Below the pieces are notes generated by a model that was not told the origin of the DNA, made no database searches, and worked only from the letters and a program-made list of their open reading frames with translations. The position numbers were made by a program, and so were the translations under genes. A DNA stretch of 46,296 bases from Candidatus Adlerbacteria bacterium (GTDB lineage: Bacteria; Patescibacteriota; Minisyncoccia; Phycocordibacterales; SBAW01): assembly GCA_043784925.1 (NCBI GenBank), contig JAYVXU010000021.1, forward strand, positions 1 through 46,296, read 5' to 3'. Shown here piece after piece: positions 5,479 to 14,726 of the stretch (the first letter of the stretch is position 1; each line of letters begins with the position of its first letter).

Positions 5479-6120
5479 ATGGAAAAATTTAATTTTCGTG
5501 CTAAGAAAAAAGCTGAAGATAACGCGCCCGAGAATCCAACGAGACGCGCCTTTTTAGCGGGAGGGTTGGCAGCGGCAGCGTCTCTGGCAGCAGGGTCACA
5601 AGCGGAGGCTCGAAAGAAGGACCCATCTAAACCCACCCCACGTCAGGCGGCAGTAGCCCCAAGTGCTCCTGAGGCTGTAGCAAAAAAAGAATGGACGGTG
5701 AGAGAAACAAGACTATTGCTGGACGACAAATTGCAAATTGACCGCGCGTTCCTTCCCTTAGTTGATCAAGGGATGAGTGAACTCGGCTGGATTCTCGAAG
5801 ATTTTGAAGACGAACCGACCACTGACCCTGAAGTAAAGTCTCTTCGAGAAAGATATCCGGACTATCCTGAAATGAAAGAATTATACCGATACTTCCTTGA
5901 ACTTAAAATTGAATTTGCTCGAGCTCAAAGTGAGTTTAAAACTTTCTCAGTGGAAGTGAGGTGGGATGAAGCTCAAAAATCTCTAGACTCTATGAATCAT
6001 CTACTTCAAGAAATCCAGGGACTTCGCCGACACGTTAGTTTGATCCCGGGGAATCAAGAATACCTTATAGAAAAAAATGATTCAGAGGCGGAAGCTATAA
6101 AAAGAACCGGCTCTGCTTAA
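5479..6120 (+). CDS. Hypothetical exported protein with a twin-arginine (Tat) signal peptide
   Basis: 213-aa ORF. The N-terminus carries the TRRAFLAGGLAAAASLAAGSQAEA motif (RR at about nt 5542-5547). The remainder is helical and charged, and I recognised no family. Confidence 0.7.
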   Translation: MEKFNFRAKKKAEDNAPENPTRRAFLAGGLAAAASLAAGSQAEARKKDPSKPTPRQAAVAPSAPEAVAKKEWTVRETRLLLDDKLQIDRAFLPLVDQGMSELGWILEDFEDEPTTDPEVKSLRERYPDYPEMKELYRYFLELKIEFARAQSEFKTFSVEVRWDEAQKSLDSMNHLLQEIQGLRRHVSLIPGNQEYLIEKNDSEAEAIKRTGSA

Positions 6121-6171
6121 AAATATTGAAATTAAAGAGTTGAGTTCGTTATAAATTAATTTGAATAGAAC

Positions 6172-6672
6172 ATGCACCCAGAAGAATATTTAGATTTAAT
6201 TGATGCCGATGACAAGGTTATTGGGCGCAAATTACGCTCAGACATATATGCGGAAGGGTTAAAGAACTTTCGGGTTATTAATGTTTTTCTTAAAAATTCA
6301 AAAGAAGAGTTGTGGATCCCAAGACGTACTGCACATAAAGCCACTGCACCGCTGGCACTGGATTTCAGTGCCTCGGGGCATGTTTCAAGTGGGGAGTCCT
6401 ACGAGGAAGCTTTTGCAAAAGAGGTACAAGAAGAGCTCAATATAGATGTATCAAAAGTTCCTTACAAAGAACTCGCGTACCTAACGCACAAAGACGGGTT
6501 TGATTTGTTTATGAAAATATTTGAGATTCAAAGTGACGAAACACCACAGTATAATCCCGACGATTTTACTGAAGCCTTCTGGCTTACTCCTCAAGAACTA
6601 TTAAGAAGGATAGAAAAAGGAGATCTCGCAAAGACCGATATCCCCACTCTGGTTAAACGCTTTTACTGCTAA
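6172..6672 (+). CDS. Nudix hydrolase family protein
   Basis: 166-aa ORF with the Nudix box GHVSSGESYEEAFAKEVQEELNI (G-x5-E-x7-KEVxEELxI) at about nt 6376-6444. Confidence 0.8.
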   Translation: MHPEEYLDLIDADDKVIGRKLRSDIYAEGLKNFRVINVFLKNSKEELWIPRRTAHKATAPLALDFSASGHVSSGESYEEAFAKEVQEELNIDVSKVPYKELAYLTHKDGFDLFMKIFEIQSDETPQYNPDDFTEAFWLTPQELLRRIEKGDLAKTDIPTLVKRFYC

Positions 6673-6758
6673 TTACACAATATAATTACTTCTTAAATTA
6701 CGACAGATAGTTAAATATGTTGTAGGATAGAATCTTTAATAAATTGAGGTGGCTCCAT

Positions 6759-8066
6759 ATGAAATGGTTACAAAAAAACTCAACCGAAGTGCTCAGTAGC
6801 GTACTTATTTTTTCACTACTATTCGCTATGGTGAGTTTTGTTTTTATTTCAAATTACTCAGCGGAAAAAAAGAAACAAGGTACTGTTAAAAATGTAAAAA
6901 CTCTTGATGGACAAATTGGGAGACTCCGCACCCAAATTCAAGAAAATCCTCACAACGTAGCTCTATACATAAGTTTAAGCCAAGTCTATTTGCAAAAAGT
7001 CCGCGAGACGGCAGACAGCTCCTATTACACAAAAATTGATGAGCTCATGGACCAGGCGCAAAAGATTGAGCCGGCAAATGCTGATGTGCCGGCCACACGT
7101 TCGAGTGTGGCGCTTGGTCGGCACCATTTTTTGGAGGGGAAAAAGTATGCACAGGAAGCTATCGCTTTGGACTCACATCGAAACACCTACTACGGGTTGC
7201 TGGGAGACGCAGAAATTGAACTTGGGCACTACACGCAAGCGGTTGCTGCGTTTCAAAAAATGATGAATCTTCGCCCTGAGTACAGTGCGTATGTCCGCGT
7301 CGCCTACATTCGAGAGTTAAAGGGAGACATTTCCGGAGCCCGAGAATTTTTACGCCTTGCCATTAGTTCGGGTAGTAGTTTTAAAGAAAATATAGCTTTT
7401 GCGTATGTTGAGTTAGGTAAACTTGATATGCGGGGTAATACGTCAGAAGCAGAGACTGATTTTAACCACGCCCTCGCCACAGTTCCTGAATATCCGACAG
7501 CACTTGAGGGTCTGGGCAAAATTGCATTTTTTAATGGAGACCTACCTAAAGCAGAAGCATACTTTTTACAGGCGTATCAAAAGCTTTCGATTGTGCAGTT
7601 TGCAACTGATCTTAGTGATGTGTATACACAGGAGCACAAAACAAAAGAGGCAGAGCAATATATAACCTTGGCAGAGCTAGCGTTTGCTCAGTCCGAAAAA
7701 AGTGGGGTAGACACCGACTTGGAAGAGTCGTTGTTTTTAAGCGACCACGACCTGCAACTGCAAAATGCACTAGTGCGCGCTCAAAATGCATATACTGCGC
7801 GTCCGAGTATATACGCTGCCGACTATCTGGCGTGGGCACTCTATAAAAATGGACAATTCACTAAGGCGGCCGGGTACGAAAAAGAAGCATTGCGCCTAGG
7901 TGAAAATGACCCTCTTATACTGTTTCATCAAGGGCTTATAGCAGCAAAAAATAATCAAAATCTGAAAGCTTCGAAGTATCTAACCAAGGCGCTTGCGCTC
8001 AACCCGCGATTTTCTATACTCCAGGCGTCAGTAGCATCTTCTACCCTCCGCACACTCTCACAATGA
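6759..8066 (+). CDS. Membrane-anchored tetratricopeptide-repeat (TPR) protein
   Basis: Start placed at ATG 6759, which lies 6 nt after GAGGTGG (the track's TTG at 6744 is less likely). It has an N-terminal TM (VLIFSLLFAMVSFVFI) and multiple TPR-like A/Y/L-periodic repeats (e.g. YYGLLGDAEIELGHYTQAVAAFQKMMNLRP). Confidence 0.8.
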   Translation: MKWLQKNSTEVLSSVLIFSLLFAMVSFVFISNYSAEKKKQGTVKNVKTLDGQIGRLRTQIQENPHNVALYISLSQVYLQKVRETADSSYYTKIDELMDQAQKIEPANADVPATRSSVALGRHHFLEGKKYAQEAIALDSHRNTYYGLLGDAEIELGHYTQAVAAFQKMMNLRPEYSAYVRVAYIRELKGDISGAREFLRLAISSGSSFKENIAFAYVELGKLDMRGNTSEAETDFNHALATVPEYPTALEGLGKIAFFNGDLPKAEAYFLQAYQKLSIVQFATDLSDVYTQEHKTKEAEQYITLAELAFAQSEKSGVDTDLEESLFLSDHDLQLQNALVRAQNAYTARPSIYAADYLAWALYKNGQFTKAAGYEKEALRLGENDPLILFHQGLIAAKNNQNLKASKYLTKALALNPRFSILQASVASSTLRTLSQ

Positions 8067-8869
8067 AAAAAATATTACTTGCCATGGTTCTGGTTGTATC
8101 CGCACTAGTGCCTGTTGTGGTTATGGCCCATGATTTAATCCCGAAGGAATTAACAACGTATATACAGACACACCCAAATGCAACCCCTGAGGAAATTTTG
8201 CAGTTTGCCAATGCCCAAGCGCCCGACTATGCACAAAAATTTAGAGACGGTGCAGAGATAGTAAGAATAGTTAAAAATCAACAAACATCTTTTGTAGATA
8301 ATCTGATTGATTTTGTAAAACTGGGCATCAATCATATTTTAAGTGGGCCAGATCATATTTTATTCGTACTCTCCCTCCTTTTAGTTTTTATTTCTTGGAA
8401 GGATATTTTAAAATTAACCACCACATTTACTGTGGCACACAGTATTACGCTCCTGCTCGCTGGTAGTGGAGTACTCACGGTAAGTCCGGCTATTGTTGAG
8501 CCCATGATAGCGCTCTCTATAGCGTACGTTGCCATTACTTCGGTTTTCTTTAAAAATAAAAAATTTATTGGCGAAAACAATGGCAAAATTGCAGCAGTTT
8601 TCTTTTTCGGACTCTTCCATGGGCTTGGTTTTGCAGGACTCCTGCGAGAAATTCAAATTCCAACTGACAAATTTATTTCCTCACTTTTTGCATTTAACCT
8701 TGGTATTGAAGGAGGGCAATTGGTTATTGTGAGTTTGGCCTTTCCTTTAATCTATCTGTTTAGAAAAAAAGCATGGTATTCACGAGCTGTACAGGTGGTG
8801 GCTGCTATTATTGCAGCAATAGCTATATTTTGGTTTATAGAGCGAGTATTTTTTGGTATTGGCTTGTAG
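8063..8869 (+). CDS. HupE/UreJ family membrane protein (putative Ni/Co-type metal transporter family)
   Basis: 268-aa polytopic ORF with a signal peptide. It has the signature GINHILSGPDHILFVLSLLL and a later GLFHGLGFAG motif. Its start overlaps the TPR gene stop by 4 nt. Confidence 0.8.
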   Translation: MKKILLAMVLVVSALVPVVVMAHDLIPKELTTYIQTHPNATPEEILQFANAQAPDYAQKFRDGAEIVRIVKNQQTSFVDNLIDFVKLGINHILSGPDHILFVLSLLLVFISWKDILKLTTTFTVAHSITLLLAGSGVLTVSPAIVEPMIALSIAYVAITSVFFKNKKFIGENNGKIAAVFFFGLFHGLGFAGLLREIQIPTDKFISSLFAFNLGIEGGQLVIVSLAFPLIYLFRKKAWYSRAVQVVAAIIAAIAIFWFIERVFFGIGL

Positions 8870-9015
8870 GTACTGTTGCGTGTATGAAGCGTCTTCATTG
8901 AAACTTAAGTTACTTAAGTATATAGTAGCTCGTATTATTCTTAATAAATAGCAATAACAAAAGAGCTTACATCACGACCCAGTACCCTTATTATTATATT
9001 CGCAAAAGAAACTAT

Positions 9016-10881
9016 ATGTTTAAAGACAAAGTAAAACGCTTAGTAACCACCATCACGCTATTTGGGTTTTTGTTTTCTTCAGTAGCACCTCTGGCCTTGG
9101 CCTCAAGTCACCGTGAAGCGCCCCTTATAGCTGGTGACCCAAAAGCAGATGCCACCGACCTGTATGCTTTCGTGAGTCCGGACGCTCCAAACACGGTGAC
9201 TCTGATCGCAAACTACAGTCCTTTCGAGGAGCCGGCCGGCGGTCCTAATTTCGATTCATTCGACGATAATGTTTTATATGAAATTAATATAGACAATAAC
9301 GGCGATGCAAAACCAGACATTACCTACCAATTTAAGTTTAAAACGAGCACTGTAAACCCGAATACATTTTTGTATAACACGGGTCCTATCGGCTCGCTTA
9401 CGGACCCAAACTGGAATGTAAGACAAACATACACACTAACGAAAGTACAAAACGGTTCAAGTACAGTATTGGGCACCGACCTACCGTCGCCTCCAGTTAA
9501 CATTGGGCCTAAATCAACCCCAAATTATGCGACACTTCAGTCGCAAGCCGTACATATGCTGCCAGGTGGAGCAAAAGTGTTCGCAGGGCAAAGTGATGAT
9601 CCGTTCTTTGTTGATCTAGGAAGTTTGTTTGACCTTCTCAGTATAAGGAAACTTCCTGGAAACGCGGGAGGGGGAGTTAATACAACGCAAGGATTTAATG
9701 TGCACACTCTTGCACTACAGGTTCCAATTTCTGACGTGACTATGGGCCACAATCAACCTGCAAGTTCAACCGACCCACGTGCGGTCATTGGAGTTTGGAC
9801 AACTGCGTCGCGAAAAGCAACCACAGTACTTTCTTCAACAGGTAAAAACTCTATGCAGGGGGACTGGGTTCAAATCTCACGTTTAGGAAGTCCTTTGGTG
9901 AACGAAGTAGTTGTGCCACTTGCTGCAAAAGACATCTTTAACGGTTCAAAACCCGAGAATGACGCACAGTTTGCAAATGGTGTAGCTAACCCTGAAGTCG
10001 CAACACTTCTAAAATCAATCTACAATATTGCGGTCCCTCCCCAAGGGAACTTTGGGAGTTCAACACAGCGCGATGACCTCGAGTCGATATTCTTGACCGG
10101 TATACCCGGGCTTACAAAACTGTCCCAGAATGTTCCTGCAGAAGAGTTGCGATTGAATGTAGCTATTCCATCAACCGTATCTCCAAATAGAATGGGAGTC
10201 TTGGGTGGCGATACACAAGGATATCCAAATGGTCGACGCTTGACTGACGACGTGGTGGACATATCACTTCAAGCCGTCGCAGGTGAAGCATACCCACTCT
10301 TCCACCCAGGGTTTACTGTGGACCCAACAGGTGCAAAGCTTGGGGACGGAGTTGATGCTAATGACCTTCCTTTCCGCACTAGCTTCCCATACGTTGCATT
10401 ACCGCACGCAGGGTACGAGAGTATGCCACATACAAATTCAAATATGATTGCGTATTTGATGGACATCATTGCAAAGCTTAAGGCTCAGATCGCAAGCATG
10501 ATGGGAATGGGTAATGGCACTTCTTCAAACACTGACAATAATGGTGGTAATTCGGGCAATACTACCGGAAGCACGACACCAATGAGTAACTTTCAAGGCA
10601 CGGTTACTACGGGCTCAACGATGGTAAAACCTGGTCAACATCTTGACTTCACGGGACACAATTTTACCCACGAAACAGATGTACAGGTGTCTGTTAACGG
10701 CGTGATGCAGGCAAAAACACATGCTGATGGAGGAGGAAATTTCTCAACGGGTTCAATCATTGGTCCTGAGAAAGAGGGCACATACACCTATGTGTTTAGT
10801 GAAATGGGCTCGTCTAATAAAGTAAGTGTAATGGTGACGGTAGGACTTGGAAATACATCTTCGACAACATCAGCACAATAG
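9016..10881 (+). CDS. Secreted DUF4331 family protein with a Gly/Asn/Ser/Thr linker and a C-terminal Ig-like domain
   Basis: 621-aa ORF with a signal peptide. The mature N-terminus SSHREAPLIAGDPKADATDLYAFVSPD is the hallmark start of DUF4331. Confidence 0.8.
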   Translation: MFKDKVKRLVTTITLFGFLFSSVAPLALASSHREAPLIAGDPKADATDLYAFVSPDAPNTVTLIANYSPFEEPAGGPNFDSFDDNVLYEINIDNNGDAKPDITYQFKFKTSTVNPNTFLYNTGPIGSLTDPNWNVRQTYTLTKVQNGSSTVLGTDLPSPPVNIGPKSTPNYATLQSQAVHMLPGGAKVFAGQSDDPFFVDLGSLFDLLSIRKLPGNAGGGVNTTQGFNVHTLALQVPISDVTMGHNQPASSTDPRAVIGVWTTASRKATTVLSSTGKNSMQGDWVQISRLGSPLVNEVVVPLAAKDIFNGSKPENDAQFANGVANPEVATLLKSIYNIAVPPQGNFGSSTQRDDLESIFLTGIPGLTKLSQNVPAEELRLNVAIPSTVSPNRMGVLGGDTQGYPNGRRLTDDVVDISLQAVAGEAYPLFHPGFTVDPTGAKLGDGVDANDLPFRTSFPYVALPHAGYESMPHTNSNMIAYLMDIIAKLKAQIASMMGMGNGTSSNTDNNGGNSGNTTGSTTPMSNFQGTVTTGSTMVKPGQHLDFTGHNFTHETDVQVSVNGVMQAKTHADGGGNFSTGSIIGPEKEGTYTYVFSEMGSSNKVSVMVTVGLGNTSSTTSAQ

Positions 10882-10907
10882 GCAAATTCAATTCATAGGA
10901 AATGGTA

Positions 10908-10945
10908 ACAAATAATCACCGGACAAAAGTTCGGTGATTATTTGT
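10908..10945 (+). terminator. Stem-loop, likely terminator of the DUF4331 gene
   Basis: A 14-bp perfect stem ACAAATAATCACCG (10908-10921) pairs with CGGTGATTATTTGT (10932-10945). The T-tract is weak and lies within the stem end. Confidence 0.5.
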
Positions 10946-10993
10946 ATGTAAAAGTGAAGTGTAAACAAGTAAGAAAAAGTGTAAAATAAATAT

Positions 10994-11479
10994 ATGCAAT
11001 TATATAGATTCAGTCCCATAACGACGACAGGAGCGCTACTTCATGCGGTTGAGTACGTAAACGAAGCGTCAACGCAAATGTGCAAGAAAATAGTTGGGGA
11101 AGTCTATCCTATTTCGTCACTCACAATATTTGCTCATTACCAGGAGGAATTTGAAACTTTAAAAAAAATAGTAGGAGAGCTCGGTACTTTCATTGGAGAA
11201 ACGCTGGGCCCACGAGTAGTGCTTCATGACCCTATTATGACGGGAAATAATGCTATTACGCACCTGCGTATTCGCAACCCCGACCCGTACCACACTCATG
11301 CGGGTTCAAACGACTATGAGATTGATGACTATGTTAGTTTTAAAGAAAAGTTTTTACGTGCAAAACCACATAATTTAATTTTGCAGCAACGGGTGGGCTA
11401 CGAGTTAATTGAGTTCTGGGATCCTGAGTTTGATGTGTTGGGATATGTTCTGTCTGAACCCGAGCGGTCCCGGAAATAG
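10994..11479 (+). CDS. Hypothetical protein
   Basis: 161-aa ORF with ordinary composition. I recognised no family. Confidence 0.55.
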   Translation: MQLYRFSPITTTGALLHAVEYVNEASTQMCKKIVGEVYPISSLTIFAHYQEEFETLKKIVGELGTFIGETLGPRVVLHDPIMTGNNAITHLRIRNPDPYHTHAGSNDYEIDDYVSFKEKFLRAKPHNLILQQRVGYELIEFWDPEFDVLGYVLSEPERSRK

Positions 11480-11580
11480 GCAGAAGTTGTTCTTCAGAAG
11501 GTCTTCATATGCAAGCTGTACTGTTGTAGTATTACTCTATAGTAGTGGTAGGCAACTTATATTAATAAAATTCTTTACAT

Positions 11581-12183
11581 ATGAAAGGAACAACATGGGG
11601 AATAGTAGCAGTAGTTTTAATAGCGTTATTTATGGGGTTGTGGTGGTTTACTACAGGCATGAACCTGGCTCGAAACGCACCTCCCACTCCTGAAGCTTCT
11701 ACCAATCCGACAGCTGCTAGTGATGCGGCAATAGCGAGTCATAATGTGCCCACTACCCAGACTCTGACCTCAAAAGTCCTACCGAAAGACATAACTTCTG
11801 TGCTTGCAACTATCCCAAATGCTTCAGGTTTTACAAAACTACTTACAAGTTCGGGAGTGGTATCGGAAATTAGTAGTAAAGGCCCGTATACTATTTTTGT
11901 TCCTATGAACCAACGCTTTCCTCCACTCCCTCCGACCATGACAAAAGCAGAAATTAAACGTCTCGTTGAGTACCATATTGTGTCTGGCAAAGATATAGAT
12001 ATTAACATTCAACAAACAGGAACAATCCAAGCTTTGTCAAAAGATATGCTCAATTTCAGTGTACGTCCCGGAGACAAGAGTGCCCGTGTTAACAGCTCTG
12101 TAGCGCTGGAGAAATACACAACAACAAACGGGACAATCTACCTTATTGACCAAGTGTTATTACCACCCCAAAAAACACAATAA
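11581..12183 (+). CDS. Membrane-anchored fasciclin (FAS1) domain protein
   Basis: 200-aa ORF with an N-terminal TM. FAS1 motifs are present: YTIFVPMNQRF, LVEYHIVSGK and NGTIYLIDQVLLPP. Confidence 0.8.
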   Translation: MKGTTWGIVAVVLIALFMGLWWFTTGMNLARNAPPTPEASTNPTAASDAAIASHNVPTTQTLTSKVLPKDITSVLATIPNASGFTKLLTSSGVVSEISSKGPYTIFVPMNQRFPPLPPTMTKAEIKRLVEYHIVSGKDIDINIQQTGTIQALSKDMLNFSVRPGDKSARVNSSVALEKYTTTNGTIYLIDQVLLPPQKTQ

Positions 12184-12201
12184 TTACATTTGGGGTTTAG
12201 G

Positions 12202-12238
12202 AAAAGCCGTCGCATAATTACTCTATGCGACGGCTTTT
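12202..12238 (+). terminator. Rho-independent terminator-like hairpin that overlaps the alr start codon
   Basis: AAAAGCCGTCGCATA (12202-12216), loop ATTACTC, then TATGCGACGGCTTTT (12224-12238), a 15-bp perfect stem ending in TTTT. The alr ATG (12225-12227) lies inside the 3' arm. Confidence 0.6.
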
Positions 12239-13349
12239 ACGATATGTAGAAAAATTACGCCCAAAACCTGAGACTCTCATTGAGGTGCGTATTTCAGGGG
12301 GTGCATTAGAGTCTAATATCGAGGCATTCAAACAAACATATGCTTTGCCCATTGCCCCGGTCCTTAAAAGTAATGCATATGGTCATGGACTACTAGAAGT
12401 GGCTCGTTTGGTCGCGCCTATGTCTCCACCTTTTCTGGTTGTTGACTCATACTTTGAAGCACAGTTTTTACGCCTTAAAGGAATTGCAACTCCACTGCTC
12501 GTTATAGGATTCGTTCCACTTCAACAGATACTTACAAACCGATTACATGCTGTTTCTTTTGTAGTCACGAGTTTTGAAGCATTGCAGATGCTGGCGAACT
12601 CTAATGTTCGAACATCAGTCCACATAAAAATTGATACCGGCATGCATCGGCAAGGGATACTTCCTCCACAAGTTGAGGACGCTTTTGACCTGCTCCAGAA
12701 ATCATACTTGCGTGTGGAGGGAATATGCTCCCACTTCGCAAGTGCCGACTCAGACCAAGAGTTTACTCATAAGCAAATTAAGGTATGGAATGAGCAAGTT
12801 TCAAAATGGCGACAACACTTTCCAAGGATGAAATACTGGCATATTGCAGCTAGCGCAGGTGCCGCATATGGCGAATTGTGTGAAGCAAATCTTATACGTC
12901 TCGGGGCAGGTCTCTATGGGTTCGAAAGAATTCCTTCGCGTTCTTTGCCTCTTGCGTCAGCACTATCTATGCATAGTCAACTAACGGTAGTTAAAGAAAT
13001 TAAAAAAGGTGACTCGGTTGGATACAACAATACATTTTTTGCAACGCAGACAATGAAGATAGCAACCGTTCCCGTGGGATATTTTGAAGGGTATGACCGT
13101 CGGCTGAGTAATAAGGGAGTAATGTTGGTTGATTCAGTTACGTGTCCAGTTATTGGAAGAGTCAGTATGAATATGACTACAATTGATGTGAGCCAGTGCA
13201 AAACTACCCTGATTGGTACCAGGGTAGTTGTTATTAGTAATTCTCTAGAGGACCCTAACAGTGTTGAGAAGTTGGCTGCGCTGTGTGACATGTCACCCCT
13301 TGAGTTTTTGGTCCATATTCCACAACACCTGCGAAGAGTGGTAGTCTAG
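12225..13349 (+). CDS. alr: Alanine racemase
   Basis: 374-aa ORF with the PLP-lysine motif PVLKSNAYGHG (Lys codon at 12366-12368). Length and the C-terminal VSMNMTTIDV region are typical of Alr. Confidence 0.88.
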   Translation: MRRLLRYVEKLRPKPETLIEVRISGGALESNIEAFKQTYALPIAPVLKSNAYGHGLLEVARLVAPMSPPFLVVDSYFEAQFLRLKGIATPLLVIGFVPLQQILTNRLHAVSFVVTSFEALQMLANSNVRTSVHIKIDTGMHRQGILPPQVEDAFDLLQKSYLRVEGICSHFASADSDQEFTHKQIKVWNEQVSKWRQHFPRMKYWHIAASAGAAYGELCEANLIRLGAGLYGFERIPSRSLPLASALSMHSQLTVVKEIKKGDSVGYNNTFFATQTMKIATVPVGYFEGYDRRLSNKGVMLVDSVTCPVIGRVSMNMTTIDVSQCKTTLIGTRVVVISNSLEDPNSVEKLAALCDMSPLEFLVHIPQHLRRVVV

Positions 13350-13353
13350 GGCT

Positions 13354-14724
13354 ATGGAAGCTGCAGAATTTTTTAAAGGAAAGAAGATTACCCTTATGGG
13401 GCTGGGGGTTTTGGGACGTGGAGTGGGCGACGCGCTGTTTTTAGCTGAATGCGGAGCAGAGTTGATAGTGACTGACCTTAAAACTAAGGAACAGCTAGTT
13501 GATTCAATTGCAAAGCTTAAAGCATTTCCCAACATAACTTTTCATTTAGGTGGCCATAACATGAAGGATTTTGAAGATCGGGATCTGGTTATTAAAGCAG
13601 CCGGAGTTCCGCTTGATTCAGTATATATAGAGCACGCAATTGAACACAATGTGCCCGTTGCTATGTCGACGGCACTCATGGCAGAGTTGACCCAGAGTGC
13701 AGGAGCTCTTATTGTGGGAGTGACCGGGACCAGAGGCAAATCAACAGTCACTCAAATGATTTTTGAAATTTTAAAACTTGAGTGTCAGAGGAATCAGACT
13801 ATGTCTTTTCATAACGTACACTTGGGTGGCAATGTACGAGGCCTATCAACTCTCGGGCAATTGCCAATGATCGAACCTGGAGATGTAGTGGTACTTGAGC
13901 TTGATTCTTGGCAACTCCAGGGGTTTGGTGATTTGCGCTTGAGCCCCCATGTTGGAGTCTTCACAACCTTTTTGCCGGACCATATGAATTATTATGGAGG
14001 TAGTATGAAGCGCTATTTTGCTGACAAAGCAAATATTTTTCTTAATCAAAAAGAGATCGATACTATTGTTGTAGGGGAACAGCTCGAGCACTATCTCAAA
14101 GATTTTGGATATGACGCAAAAGTAATAGGAAAGTTAAAAATTGCGAGCGCAAAAAACATACCCGAAGATATACAGCTTCAAATCCCAGGCGAGCATAATC
14201 GCTACAACGCAGGATTGGCTTGCGAAGCTGCTCGCTCGCTCTTCGTTTCGGAGGATGTTATCAAATTGGCTCTGGAATCTTTTACGGGTGTGCCGGGCCG
14301 GCTTCAGTTTTTGAAAGAAATAGGTGGTGTCAAAATCTATAACGATAATAATGCGACTACTCCTGATGCTACCATAGCTGCACTTCAGTCTTTTGGTGAG
14401 ACAAAAAATATTATTTTAATTACCGGCGGCTCTGACAAAGGACTGGAAACGCAAAAGTATATAGAGGAAATTACAAAACACTGCAAAGGTATATTTTTAC
14501 TTGGCGGGACTGGCACTGACCGGGTTAAAAAAGAATTTCCCGAAAGTTTAGTGGGGACAGCTCCTGTGTACCTGGATATAGCAAAGGCGACACAAGACGC
14601 TTTTGCGAGTGCCGCAGCAGGAGATATCCTCATCCTTTCCCCGGGTTTTGCCTCCTTTGGAACCTTTAAAAACGAATACGACCGCAACGACCAGTTTGTT
14701 GAAGCAGTAAATAAATTGAAGTAA
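13354..14724 (+). CDS. murD: UDP-N-acetylmuramoyl-L-alanine--D-glutamate ligase
   Basis: 456-aa ORF. It has an N-terminal Rossmann motif GKKITLMGLGVLGRG, a Mur ligase P-loop GVTGTRGKST and the C-terminal region DNNATTPDA. Confidence 0.88.
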   Translation: MEAAEFFKGKKITLMGLGVLGRGVGDALFLAECGAELIVTDLKTKEQLVDSIAKLKAFPNITFHLGGHNMKDFEDRDLVIKAAGVPLDSVYIEHAIEHNVPVAMSTALMAELTQSAGALIVGVTGTRGKSTVTQMIFEILKLECQRNQTMSFHNVHLGGNVRGLSTLGQLPMIEPGDVVVLELDSWQLQGFGDLRLSPHVGVFTTFLPDHMNYYGGSMKRYFADKANIFLNQKEIDTIVVGEQLEHYLKDFGYDAKVIGKLKIASAKNIPEDIQLQIPGEHNRYNAGLACEAARSLFVSEDVIKLALESFTGVPGRLQFLKEIGGVKIYNDNNATTPDATIAALQSFGETKNIILITGGSDKGLETQKYIEEITKHCKGIFLLGGTGTDRVKKEFPESLVGTAPVYLDIAKATQDAFASAAAGDILILSPGFASFGTFKNEYDRNDQFVEAVNKLK

Positions 14725-14726
14725 AT

